A stretch of 55,326 nucleotides of DNA from a virus (Duplodnaviria > Caudoviricetes): positions 1 to 55,326 of IMG/VR virus record IMGVR_UViG_3300037851_000330. One strand, 5' to 3'. The notes below the pieces were generated by a model. It had not been told where the DNA came from and made no database searches. It saw only the letters and a program-made list of their open reading frames with translations. Within the stretch, counting starts at the first letter, position 1, and each line of letters begins with the position of its first letter. Made by a program: the position numbers and the translations under genes. Positions 38,166-47,544 of this stretch are shown piece after piece.

Positions 38166-40057
38166 TAGCTCAACTCTGAATAATTTATTTTTGGCATCTT
38201 AGAAACCATGTCTTCATACTGTTCTTTGGTGATTTCTTCGTAAGGCGCTTGCTCATATTTTCCGCCATCGTGCGGCAAGAAAGAAACTCCGTTTACGATA
38301 TCCCAGTTTTTATAGACCCAGTTTCCAACCTCAAACCATTCGCTGTCTTTTACGTATATTGTCGTACTAGCGTTGTGTTCACACCAATATTGCTGAAGCA
38401 TCTTATAGTGTTCAAGTTGCTCAATTGCACTCATATCATTTCTTGTAATGCAATTATCTGGAGCCTTTACTGGAAAGCCAACAACCCAAGTAGACACTAA
38501 GTCTTCACTCCATTGCTTATTGCTATCAAAGATAGGACATGCTTGCATATAGTTTGCATCGCCTTTCTTTTTTAATTCAGCAGCTTTATCCCAGTCAGAT
38601 TTTCTAGAACCATTTTCTGGAGTAAACTTAATGCCTTGGTCTCTCATCATTCTAAAAAGAGGATCTGTAGAGGCAATTCTATATCTTCTTATGTAATACT
38701 GAGAATAACGTGGATGTACTCCTGAAGCAGAATCTACCAATTGAGATACAGTTCCACTAGGTTTAACGCAAGTGATTGCTGCTGGCATATTGATTCCCAT
38801 TATCTGAGAAGCCTTTTTAGCAACCTTTAATGATTTAGCTTTTAGTGCCTTTAAGACTTCAGGGTTCATTAAGGCTACGTTGTCCATCTGACCTGTCATA
38901 GAAACGCCTAATAATCTTTCTTCTTCGCAGTTTTCTTTCCATTCTTTTGAAAGATAAGGGAAATAAGTAAATGTACTTTGAATCACTCCGATCCAAACTG
39001 CTGTTTCTACTTTCTCTAAAAGAGTATCTACATCATCTGCAGCTCTAACAACAACCTCAGAGAGGTTGCAAAACTCTTTACTTCTTAATAAGATTTCAGC
39101 GCAAGGATTTGTTCCCATGATGAGATCTGATTTACGACGTGCGGGCGAACGCTCTCGTGCTCCCGCTAAGTTGAATATGCCTCGCTCACCTGTACCAGAT
39201 GCCGCTAATGCTGACCATTCTTTTAAGAAATCTACAGCAGATGGTTTAGATAAATAAACAGCAGAATTGTTAGCCATAGCTCTTCTTAAAGGATATGGCC
39301 ATTCTTTAGCATGCCTCATAGCTTCATCATTTAAGTCTGATAAACTTATCTCGCTTGAACGACGAACGCCACCGACCACAACTATTTCCGCTATCTGGTT
39401 GCATATATCGTGGCACTCTAATGTTGTAAGTTGACGCCCTTGGGCACCTTGAAATACGGTGCGCAAGAAGTTATGTAGGTTAATCAATGGAGCTGGCCCT
39501 GAGCTTCTACCGCCCATTGTCTTTAAACGTGCTCCTTTGGCACGTAGGAGCGAATAGTCCATATCTAGGTCTTTACCTGAATATAGAGCCTTTACTAGCT
39601 CTCTTACAGATGTGGCCCAACCTTCTTTACTATCTGGAACTATATAAGTACCAGCGCCTTCTCCAAGCATAGGACTAACTACTGGTAAGTTATCAACCCA
39701 GTGCTTCTCTACACTGAAGCCATATCCTGTTCCACACATCAATATATATAGACATTCTGCGAAAGAATCTATAGAATCTACAACTTGAAAGCTGCAGTTA
39801 TATAAACAAGTATTATCTGCTTTCGCTGCTGGACCTGCTGCCCAAACTGCGCGCATAGATGGCATGACATCAAATGCTAACATGCTCTCTCTTATCTTTC
39901 TGATTACTTTCTTTGGTATGAGATCTCCCCTCTCTTCAACGATGAAGTTTACAAAGCGTTCTACTGTTTCTGGCCACGTTTCTCTTCTTCCTTGGTCATC
40001 AAGCCATCTTGAGTAGGTACGAGTGTAAACAAACTCTGCTGCCTCATTTCTGAACAT
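38096..40057 (-). CDS. nrdJ: class II (B12-dependent) ribonucleotide reductase
   Basis: RTYSR, GGVRRS, TNPCAEI, CNLSE, VKPSGTVS, C-terminal C...CEI. Confidence 0.93.
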   Translation of the reverse strand: MFRNEAAEFVYTRTYSRWLDDQGRRETWPETVERFVNFIVEERGDLIPKKVIRKIRESMLAFDVMPSMRAVWAAGPAAKADNTCLYNCSFQVVDSIDSFAECLYILMCGTGYGFSVEKHWVDNLPVVSPMLGEGAGTYIVPDSKEGWATSVRELVKALYSGKDLDMDYSLLRAKGARLKTMGGRSSGPAPLINLHNFLRTVFQGAQGRQLTTLECHDICNQIAEIVVVGGVRRSSEISLSDLNDEAMRHAKEWPYPLRRAMANNSAVYLSKPSAVDFLKEWSALAASGTGERGIFNLAGARERSPARRKSDLIMGTNPCAEILLRSKEFCNLSEVVVRAADDVDTLLEKVETAVWIGVIQSTFTYFPYLSKEWKENCEEERLLGVSMTGQMDNVALMNPEVLKALKAKSLKVAKKASQIMGINMPAAITCVKPSGTVSQLVDSASGVHPRYSQYYIRRYRIASTDPLFRMMRDQGIKFTPENGSRKSDWDKAAELKKKGDANYMQACPIFDSNKQWSEDLVSTWVVGFPVKAPDNCITRNDMSAIEQLEHYKMLQQYWCEHNASTTIYVKDSEWFEVGNWVYKNWDIVNGVSFLPHDGGKYEQAPYEEITKEQYEDMVSKMPKINYSELSYYELEDNTEGSKTLACVAGVCEI

Positions 40058-40188
40058 GCGTATCCTTTACCTGATTAGGTTTTTGCTAAATTGTTTTGTG
40101 CTGAACAATTATTATACGTAAAACTGTTTTTGCACTGCACATTGGGTATAAATAATTTTATCAAACATAAACGTTAAAAGGAAAAATA

Positions 40189-40839
40189 ATGCTAAAAGTT
40201 TCTTACGTAGACCACATGGGCAACGATCTAACGATCGTAAATGCAGCGCGCGTTTCATTCAACAAAACGTCAGATGAATTCTCTGATAAAGATAAGAAAT
40301 TAGTAAATTATTTAGCGCAACACGAACATATGTCGCCGTTTGAACATTGTACTCTTACTGTTGTTATAGAATGTCCTCTATATATTAGATCACAAATTCA
40401 TCGTCATCGTACGTTTGCGTATAATGAGGTCTCTCGTCGCTATACTTCTGAAAATCTTGAATTCTATGTGCCATCCTTAGATGATATCAGAAAACAGAGT
40501 AAATCAAATCGTCAAGCGAGCGATGGTCAGCTAGATGAAAAAGAATCACAAGAGATAATAAACTTGCTGGAACAACATCATATTAACTGTCTTAACCTGT
40601 ATAATCAGCTGCTTGAATCTGGTGTTTGTCGAGAGCAAGCGCGTGGAGTATTGCCTCAAAACTTAATGACAAAGTTTTATATGACAGGTAATCTTAGAAA
40701 CTTCCACCACTTCATTAGATTAAGAACTCACGATGGTGCTCAAAAAGAAGCAAGAGATTTAGCCAATCAATTAAAAGAAGTGTTGCAACAAAAATTTCCA
40801 AACGCGATGGATGCTTTAACTTTAGCAGATCAAACGTAG
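40189..40839 (+). CDS. thyX: flavin-dependent thymidylate synthase
   Basis: AARVS, H.SPFEH, RHR....NEVSRRY, EQARGVLP, HAQ-like GAQKE. Confidence 0.95.
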   Translation: MLKVSYVDHMGNDLTIVNAARVSFNKTSDEFSDKDKKLVNYLAQHEHMSPFEHCTLTVVIECPLYIRSQIHRHRTFAYNEVSRRYTSENLEFYVPSLDDIRKQSKSNRQASDGQLDEKESQEIINLLEQHHINCLNLYNQLLESGVCREQARGVLPQNLMTKFYMTGNLRNFHHFIRLRTHDGAQKEARDLANQLKEVLQQKFPNAMDALTLADQT

Positions 40840-40867
40840 GTAAAATTCTACGAAGACAGGAGAAATT

Positions 40868-41521
40868 ATGGCAATAGTTCTTGATAGCGACTCTCATAAA
40901 ACTGATGAAATTTGGGTTATAAAATTCGACGAGGCTAGTGCTCAGAAATTCCGCGAACGCGTTATGTCTAAAGCAAAACAATCGGACAAAGATCCTATAG
41001 TTATCTACATAGATAGCTATGGTGGAGAGGTTGATGCTCTTGCTAAGATGATAGAGACCTTAGATGAAGTTAGAAACCCTATAATCACTGTTTGTATGGG
41101 TAAAGCTATGAGCTGCGGAGCCGTATTGCTTTCTCACGGTGATATCCGTTTCATAGGAAGACACAGTAGGACTATGGTACATGAAGTATCTTCTTGGACC
41201 GCAGGAAATGTTCATGATATAAAAGCAGATTCTGAAGAAACAACTAGACTGAACGAGTACTTCATGGGCTTACTAGCCAGAAACTGCAACATCAAAGAGG
41301 GATATGCTGGTCTTAGAAAGATAATGAAAGGTAAAGATGGGCGCGATCTATACTTAGATGCTAAAGAAACTGTAAAGTTTGGTTTAGCTGATCAAGTTGG
41401 CGTTCCTAAACTTATCGACATCATGTTCCACGAAGCTGTTGTCGTCCCTGAAAAAAAGAGAAAACCTCTAAAACCCGCTACAAAGACTGTAATCAAAACT
41501 ACAAAAAAGAAAAAACCATAA
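40868..41521 (+). CDS. clpP: ClpP-like protease subunit
   Basis: IYIDSYGG, G.AMSCGA (catalytic Ser), MVHE (His), D.YL.A.E...GL.D. Confidence 0.85.
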   Translation: MAIVLDSDSHKTDEIWVIKFDEASAQKFRERVMSKAKQSDKDPIVIYIDSYGGEVDALAKMIETLDEVRNPIITVCMGKAMSCGAVLLSHGDIRFIGRHSRTMVHEVSSWTAGNVHDIKADSEETTRLNEYFMGLLARNCNIKEGYAGLRKIMKGKDGRDLYLDAKETVKFGLADQVGVPKLIDIMFHEAVVVPEKKRKPLKPATKTVIKTTKKKKP

Positions 41522-41552
41522 CAGATTCGACATATAGAAAACAGGAGAGATT

Positions 41553-41876
41553 GTGTCAGAAAACCGTATGAACACTTTTGGATTAGAAGAAGTTAAAAAA
41601 ATAGAGAAATTTTTAGACTTCTTTAAGTTTGAAAAAACTGAAGCTTTCATTAAAGCTTTAGAAGACTTTACGAGCAATCCTGACAGCGAGATGTTCAGAA
41701 AAAACATTGCATATCAATGCTCTGTAGCTATGATGAGCACTCGTGGTAAAAACGAGCTTGTCGATCTTGCTTTTAAAGATCTTTTTCCCGGCTGCGAAAA
41801 GATGAGATTCGAGCTTGAGTTCGATAAAGATCTAGAGGATATTATCGGAGTAGACCCTAACTCTGACCAGGCTTGA
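41553..41876 (+). CDS. hypothetical protein
   Basis: AGGAG RBS, promoter at 41521; ends LEDIIGVDPNSDQA. Confidence 0.6.
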   Translation: MSENRMNTFGLEEVKKIEKFLDFFKFEKTEAFIKALEDFTSNPDSEMFRKNIAYQCSVAMMSTRGKNELVDLAFKDLFPGCEKMRFELEFDKDLEDIIGVDPNSDQA

Positions 41877-42201
41877 GGTTACGTATCTTGCTTGCCTGAG
41901 TCATAACAGACTTAGGTATGTCCCCTCTTTCAACGATGTGATCTAACATTTTTCCGCGAATTCTAGTGCCTGCATAAGTACTAAAGTTTGCGCCAACCTC
42001 AGGTTTATAACGATGCAAAGCTTCCATAAGACCTTGAAAGCCAGCCATGTGTAAATCACCTTCATCTATCCCTTCAGGGATCTTACCTTCATTCTTTAAT
42101 TTGGTGGCATGTAGGTTAATAGTAGGTGCATGTTCAATAAGAAACTGATTTATTTTTTGCTGATTTTCTGGCAGATCCAGTGGACTTTTCTTATTGTTCA
42201 T
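41857..42201 (-). CDS. FliA/WhiG-like sigma factor, region 2 only (114 aa)
   Basis: DL...G..GL.EA..RY.P..GA.F.TYA..RIRG.MLD....D..P.SV matches sigma-28 region 2; stops before regions 3-4. Confidence 0.8.
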   Translation of the reverse strand: MNNKKSPLDLPENQQKINQFLIEHAPTINLHATKLKNEGKIPEGIDEGDLHMAGFQGLMEALHRYKPEVGANFSTYAGTRIRGKMLDHIVERGDIPKSVMTQASKIRNLKPGQS

Positions 42202-42733
42202 AATTTGCTCCTTTCTTTATATTATCACACTTCCATAGTGGTTGTAAATTTGTATAATGGCAAGCTTTTTGTAACTGCAAGGAATCAGTTAAATCGAAGT
42301 GATTCAAGGGAACAATATGATCTATATGCCATTGGCCATGATTTTGCCATGTCATACCCGGTTCAAATAAGGCCTCTATATGTTTTTTAAGAAATTCCAC
42401 AGAGCAACCAAGACTTTTTATTGCAGACCCACTTTTGTAATTTCTTTTAATGGCACAGTTGAGTCTATTTCTAATGATGTGTCTAAGCTTAAAAACTGGA
42501 TCGTTATTGTATCTAAACTTTTTTCTAGCAATCTGTTTATGTTTATGCTTCAAGTAGTTTTTGCTATTATATTCTTTTCTCTTATGGGGATTCTTATTGT
42601 CCCATTCAAATCTTTTGCTGTACATATAATCTCTATGCTCTCGCGCCCACAATTTGCTGTTACATGGCCTACATCTGCCTGTTTTATTTTTACTACCTAA
42701 AGGAGAGTGACATAATGAACATTGCTTATCCAT
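42191..42733 (-). CDS. HNH homing endonuclease-like protein
   Basis: N-terminal CxxC..CxxC; LGCS...L..H.E..F..GM.W.N.G.WHIDHI.P...HYTNLQPLW..DN..K. Confidence 0.8.
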   Translation of the reverse strand: MDKQCSLCHSPLGSKNKTGRCRPCNSKLWAREHRDYMYSKRFEWDNKNPHKRKEYNSKNYLKHKHKQIARKKFRYNNDPVFKLRHIIRNRLNCAIKRNYKSGSAIKSLGCSVEFLKKHIEALFEPGMTWQNHGQWHIDHIVPLNHFDLTDSLQLQKACHYTNLQPLWKCDNIKKGANYEQ

Positions 42734-42787
42734 AAGAAAATCATATCATATTATTAGCTTAATGATAAGATAAAGGGAGAGGTACTT

Positions 42788-43246
42788 TTGAGTAAAAGAC
42801 TTAAACGTAGAGTTAGAGAACTATGTGGGCTCGATTCGTTATCGAAAGAGGATCGTCTCTTACGCGCTAAAGAAATCTTAGAAAATACCAAAATAAAGCA
42901 GAAGTTATGCAACCAGATGCCTGGCCTTACTTTTAAGGATATAGAGCGTACTATGGTTGCGGTTCTTGAAGAGCGCTACCCTACTGAAAAAGAACTAGAA
43001 GAATTAGAACTTAGAGAGTTGGCTCCTGAGAAGTTTGAGCCACCTATTCCAGCTATTGATCGTCCTCCTAAAACAGATGGCTATTTTAGACCTTTAACTC
43101 GCGAAGAAACTGCAGCGCTTTTAGCAGCAAGCAATAAGCCAGTTAAAGATGAACCATTGCCAGCTTACACTAACTATCACACTTACTCTCAAGAAGAAGT
43201 AAGATTTTTATTGCAAGATTATAAGAAAAAATCAGATAAAACATAG
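42788..43246 (+). CDS. hypothetical protein
   Basis: GGAGAGG RBS, TTG start. Confidence 0.6.
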   Translation: MSKRLKRRVRELCGLDSLSKEDRLLRAKEILENTKIKQKLCNQMPGLTFKDIERTMVAVLEERYPTEKELEELELRELAPEKFEPPIPAIDRPPKTDGYFRPLTREETAALLAASNKPVKDEPLPAYTNYHTYSQEEVRFLLQDYKKKSDKT

Positions 43247-43299
43247 TTTTATACCCGTTGAAAGCGCGTTAACAGGTAAAATAGTAGTAACTATTTAAC

Positions 43300-44160
43300 A
43301 TGGAGAAATGCGTGGCTAAGAAGCTTAAATCGTTCTTTGAAAAATGTAAGAAGGTAGTAACGAGTACCTTCAATTTCGCGTTAAATCTTTTATTGATTTG
43401 CGCAGTAGCAGGTACTTTAGGGGTTGTTAGTTTAAACGCTCCAAAAATTCACAACAAGTGGCTTAGGTCAAATGTTGGTGAAAGAGTATATCGCATAATG
43501 ATGCTGGATGAACAAGGTTATCTTCTTGGCGGAGGTACGGGTTTTCAGGTTATTGGGCGAAGCGGTGTCAGCTATATCATGACAAACGCACACGTGTGCG
43601 AACCTTTTCAAAAAGAGGGTTACATCAACGTAGAGATGAAGAACGGTAGAGTTGTTCCTAGAAAGATATTAGAGATATCAAAAGTAACTGATCTATGTCT
43701 AGCTGAAGGTCTTCCTGGTGTTCAAGGTCTAGCTGTTACAAATCAAGCAAGCACTGGCGATCATCTTTATATAATTGGTCATCCACTATTACAGCCACTA
43801 AGTATTACTCAAGGCGAGATAATCGCTAAATCTCTTGTAGAGTTTCCTTACGCACAAATAATCCCTGACGATGTTCCAGAAGAAGAAAGAGAAGACTGGA
43901 TGATGACTGAAGGGCAATGTAAAGCTCAACCTAAATTTAAAGTAGCATCTATGACTTTCTTTGGCCAAACAGTTAAAGTTTGTATGTTGAGCTTAATGGC
44001 ATACGAATCTACGATCACATCTTTTCCAGGAAACAGCGGTAGTCCAGTTGTTGACTCATGGGGCAACGTTGTTGGTGTTCTTTATGCTGGTAACGGTATG
44101 ACTACTTGGGGACTTATCCTTACTAACGAAGACGTTCAAAATTTCTTATCTGCGTACTAA
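43300..44160 (+). CDS. membrane-anchored trypsin-like serine protease
   Basis: TM helix; GTGF, TNAHV, DL, PGNSGSP motifs. Confidence 0.88.
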   Translation: MEKCVAKKLKSFFEKCKKVVTSTFNFALNLLLICAVAGTLGVVSLNAPKIHNKWLRSNVGERVYRIMMLDEQGYLLGGGTGFQVIGRSGVSYIMTNAHVCEPFQKEGYINVEMKNGRVVPRKILEISKVTDLCLAEGLPGVQGLAVTNQASTGDHLYIIGHPLLQPLSITQGEIIAKSLVEFPYAQIIPDDVPEEEREDWMMTEGQCKAQPKFKVASMTFFGQTVKVCMLSLMAYESTITSFPGNSGSPVVDSWGNVVGVLYAGNGMTTWGLILTNEDVQNFLSAY

Positions 44161-44208
44161 CTAATATCCCGTACCGAATCGTAAAATAGATTGTACGGGA
44201 GTATTTGA

Positions 44209-45519
44209 ATGTACATAGACGAATTTGGTGTTCTCCAAGCCGTATCTAAAGTTTCTGGCAAAAACGACAAACGAAAGCTTTTAAAGCAAAACAGTGCAAA
44301 CCGGCGTTTAGCAGATTTGTTAAACGCGTGCTTTAATTACAAGCGCAAATACTTTATAAAGAAATGGGATACGAATTTACCCACAGTGGTCCCTAGTAAA
44401 GCGAAAGACCTACATCAAGACTTCATGAATCTCCTAAATGACCTAGAATCACAGGTTTATAGAGGGGATGTTGCTAAGACAATGGTTGAATCTTTTCTGT
44501 CTAATTGCAGCGTTCAACAGCAGGAATGGTATTCCAAAGTACTGTTGCGTGATCTAAAAGCTGGATTTGGTGTGGATAGCGCGATCGACTGTGGTTTCAA
44601 TATTCCTCTGTTTGAGGTTCAGCTCGCTAAAGACGGCTATGAGTGCAAAAGATTGCCAGCCTTATTGAAGGAAGGCTTATCAGTATCTAGAAAGCTAGAT
44701 GGCTATCGTTGTCTAGCAATAGTGGATAGCAGCGATGAAAGTGTTACCTTATATACAAGAAACGGCGAAGAGTTTCTAAACTTTCCAAGTATTCAACAGT
44801 CATTAGCCAAACTTTGCATCAACAAGAAGCATAATGCTAAATATGTGTTCGACGGTGAGATAATGTCTGATGACTTCAATAAAACACAAAAATCAGCTTT
44901 CGCATCTAAGCGCGGTACCACTGTTGGCGATGTCAAATATCATATATTTGACATGATTCCATACAATGAGTGGGCTAATGATAAGTTTACAACTCCCGCG
45001 TTTGAGCGTTATCAAACTTTAGATTTATGGTTTGGCGTTGCTCAAGCACAAATGCAAGCCCACGACATAACCAACCTGGTTCAAGTAGAACGAACTATGG
45101 TACACAACATGCAAGATATTCTTAGGTTGGAGCAGCAATACATAGCTGAAGGCTATGAGGGTGCAATGGCTAATCCTAACTTGCCTTATTATAAAGGTAA
45201 AAAATCTAACGCTATGCTTAAGTTTAAAACATTCGTAAGCATGGATTGTGAAGTCGTAGACACTTTTCCTGGTAAGCCAGGAACTAAGTATGAGAACATG
45301 CTTGGTGGCTTTATCGTACGCCAAGAGAACGACGTGCTGTGTGATGTAGGTAGTGGCTATGATGATGCAGAGCGACAAGAACTATGGGATAAACAAAAAG
45401 AGCTTATCGGTCGCGTTATGGAAGTAAAATATCAAAATCTCAGCGACGAAGACAAGCGCATGCGATTCCCAATTTTTGTACGTTGGAGAGATTTAGGCGC
45501 TGGACGCGGCAAAATATAA
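44209..45519 (+). CDS. lig: ATP-dependent DNA ligase
   Basis: KLDG.R, FDGE, FD, YEG.M, K.K, RFP.F motifs. Confidence 0.92.
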   Translation: MYIDEFGVLQAVSKVSGKNDKRKLLKQNSANRRLADLLNACFNYKRKYFIKKWDTNLPTVVPSKAKDLHQDFMNLLNDLESQVYRGDVAKTMVESFLSNCSVQQQEWYSKVLLRDLKAGFGVDSAIDCGFNIPLFEVQLAKDGYECKRLPALLKEGLSVSRKLDGYRCLAIVDSSDESVTLYTRNGEEFLNFPSIQQSLAKLCINKKHNAKYVFDGEIMSDDFNKTQKSAFASKRGTTVGDVKYHIFDMIPYNEWANDKFTTPAFERYQTLDLWFGVAQAQMQAHDITNLVQVERTMVHNMQDILRLEQQYIAEGYEGAMANPNLPYYKGKKSNAMLKFKTFVSMDCEVVDTFPGKPGTKYENMLGGFIVRQENDVLCDVGSGYDDAERQELWDKQKELIGRVMEVKYQNLSDEDKRMRFPIFVRWRDLGAGRGKI

Positions 45520-45550
45520 GTAATCACTTATATTTATCAGGAGTATATGT

Positions 45551-46150
45551 GTGAGAAACCTTGTCGGACAAAAATTTTATCTTTTAACAGTGAAAGAATA
45601 TGTTGGTTTAACTGGCGGTGGACAAAAGAAAAAATATGGGATTCATAAAGGTTTTCATACTTGGAAATGTCAATGTGAATGCGGTAAAGAGACTTTAGTT
45701 AGAGAGCTAAAATTATTAGCTGGAACAACTAAATCATGCGGATGTTATAAGAAAACAGTTAAACCAAAATGGACTCTTTCAGAGGGTGAAGCTGCCAAAA
45801 ATTTACTATTTAATTCTTATATTAAATCTGCGGTGGTGCGTAAGCTATCTTTTTCTTTATCAAAGGAAACTTTCATAAATTTAACGTCTAAAACATGTCA
45901 TTATTGTAATAGTGCGCCAAGTAAAAGTGTAAAACGTCTTCATTCAGGTCGCAACGATAAAAATAATCGTTCTATGAACGGTGACTATATTTATAATGGA
46001 TTAGATAGAATAGACAACGATAAAGGCTATACGGACCAAAATGTAGTTACTTGTTGTTGGAAATGTAATGAACTTAAGAAAAACAGTTCTTATGAAGATT
46101 TTTTAGCACATGTTTTTAAAATTGCTGACAACTTAAGGAATAAGAAATGA
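45551..46150 (+). CDS. HNH homing endonuclease-like protein
   Basis: WKCQCECG...KSCGC N-domain; CHYC, GLDRIDN.KGY..NV..CC..CN..K. Confidence 0.8.
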   Translation: MRNLVGQKFYLLTVKEYVGLTGGGQKKKYGIHKGFHTWKCQCECGKETLVRELKLLAGTTKSCGCYKKTVKPKWTLSEGEAAKNLLFNSYIKSAVVRKLSFSLSKETFINLTSKTCHYCNSAPSKSVKRLHSGRNDKNNRSMNGDYIYNGLDRIDNDKGYTDQNVVTCCWKCNELKKNSSYEDFLAHVFKIADNLRNKK

Positions 46151-46437
46151 AACAAAAAGAAACAGACTGCTTTTCTAGATTTGAAGCCCTACATGGCTCT
46201 CTCGATGAATTTGTTGATTTCTTAATCGAAGAAAACCTAATGTCTCAAGACAACATTGGAGACTTTAGAAGAGCTTCTAATAGACCTAAGTTCTTACATT
46301 CGCTTTTACTCAAACACAAACAAGAAGATAAAATCATGTTGTTAGACTTCGAATGGGTGTTACTTCCAATCGAACGCATAAAAATAACTATAGTAACAGA
46401 AAGAACGAGTAAATCCTTCACTTATAACCATGTGTAG
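46147..46437 (+). CDS. hypothetical protein
   Basis: Coupled ORF. Confidence 0.55.
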   Translation: MKQKETDCFSRFEALHGSLDEFVDFLIEENLMSQDNIGDFRRASNRPKFLHSLLLKHKQEDKIMLLDFEWVLLPIERIKITIVTERTSKSFTYNHV

Positions 46438-46516
46438 CCATTTTTTAAAATAATTTCGTATAATATCCTTAAATATCCTGTTGTACAAACACCCATTTGA
46501 TGAGGAGAAAAGTTTT

Positions 46517-47026
46517 ATGAGTACAAGTCAAAAAGACGCAGTTGTAGCCGCAGTAGCTAAAATACTAGGCAAATCGTTCGTTCCCGGCGCAACCAATGTA
46601 AAAGATTCGTTAACTGAAGATCAGTTAACAGAGTTACGAGAAAGTATATTTAAAGGTATCAAGTCAGGCGACATCACCTTTAATAAAGAGATGACCGATG
46701 ATAAAGCGTTAAGACGCTACGTTAACGGCATGATCGACAACCATTTACGCAAAGCAAAAGAGTTAAATGGTGGTCAGAAGTATTCCACTAAATCCACAGG
46801 CGGTTCACGCGATTCACAGATTGCTGTGCTTAAGAAGCTAGCAAAAAACTATGAAGCAGGTACCCCAGAGCACAGTAAAGTTGTTTCTGCGATCAACATG
46901 AGAGAATCTACGTTGGCAGCAGAAAGACAACGAGCAGCAAGCGAGAAGAAAAAGGCATCTGCGCTTAAAAACGTAGATACAAGTATTCTTCCTCCTGAGC
47001 TGTCACAGATATTGAACGACGAATAG
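46517..47026 (+). CDS. conserved phage protein, paralog family A (copy 3, divergent)
   Basis: SQKDAV..AV, YV.G...N..RK...LNG..KY, D.Q...L, VDTSILPPEL shared with 14341 and 24656. Confidence 0.75.
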   Translation: MSTSQKDAVVAAVAKILGKSFVPGATNVKDSLTEDQLTELRESIFKGIKSGDITFNKEMTDDKALRRYVNGMIDNHLRKAKELNGGQKYSTKSTGGSRDSQIAVLKKLAKNYEAGTPEHSKVVSAINMRESTLAAERQRAASEKKKASALKNVDTSILPPELSQILNDE

Positions 47027-47050
47027 TTTGTCTTACCTGACCGTAAGACC

Positions 47051-47101
47051 GAGCCGGTACTGAGTCTTCCACTCCCCTCTAGGTACCGGCTCATTTTATT
47101 T
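47051..47101 (+). terminator. putative terminator
   Basis: GAGCCGGTAC...GTACCGGCTC inverted repeat (large loop) followed by ATTTTATTTT. Confidence 0.5.
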
Positions 47102-47115
47102 CTAAAGGTATTAAG

Positions 47116-47544
47116 TTGATGAAAAAGATCTTGTTGGTAAATAAAGAAACCGCATTAGGCCATAATGATGAGCTGCTTGGGTTTGCTGAAGAAAATGTAG
47201 TTATATTTGAAAAATATAACGTGCAAAACCCTTGCCAACTGATTATATCTAAAGAAGATAATAAAAGTGATTTTAATATGTGTGTAACCTTATGCCTTGA
47301 GCAAGACGGTATATATGTCATCTTTGATGAAAAAGAATTGCTCAACTTAGATCTAAATGTAATCAATTTTGGTTTTTCGGGTAAAGTAATAGATTGCATC
47401 ACTGAAAACAGCAAAAGATACATATCAAGGTATTCAATAGATTTAATTGCTATATCACTATGCTCTTACGAGCAATCTATAGCTAAAGCTTTACTAGACC
47501 AAGAAATAGAAAGTATAATTTTCGATGAAAATTCTAAAAACTAG
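47116..47544 (+). CDS. hypothetical protein with C-terminal tag
   Basis: Ends IESIIFDENSKN. Confidence 0.6.
   Translation: MMKKILLVNKETALGHNDELLGFAEENVVIFEKYNVQNPCQLIISKEDNKSDFNMCVTLCLEQDGIYVIFDEKELLNLDLNVINFGFSGKVIDCITENSKRYISRYSIDLIAISLCSYEQSIAKALLDQEIESIIFDENSKN

Noticed and set aside
38096-45519. Introns or inteins in nrdJ, thyX, ligase or the sigma gene
   Set aside because: All are continuous with normal motif spacing; adjacent HNH genes lie outside the coding regions; nrdJ has only a short insertion with no intein motifs
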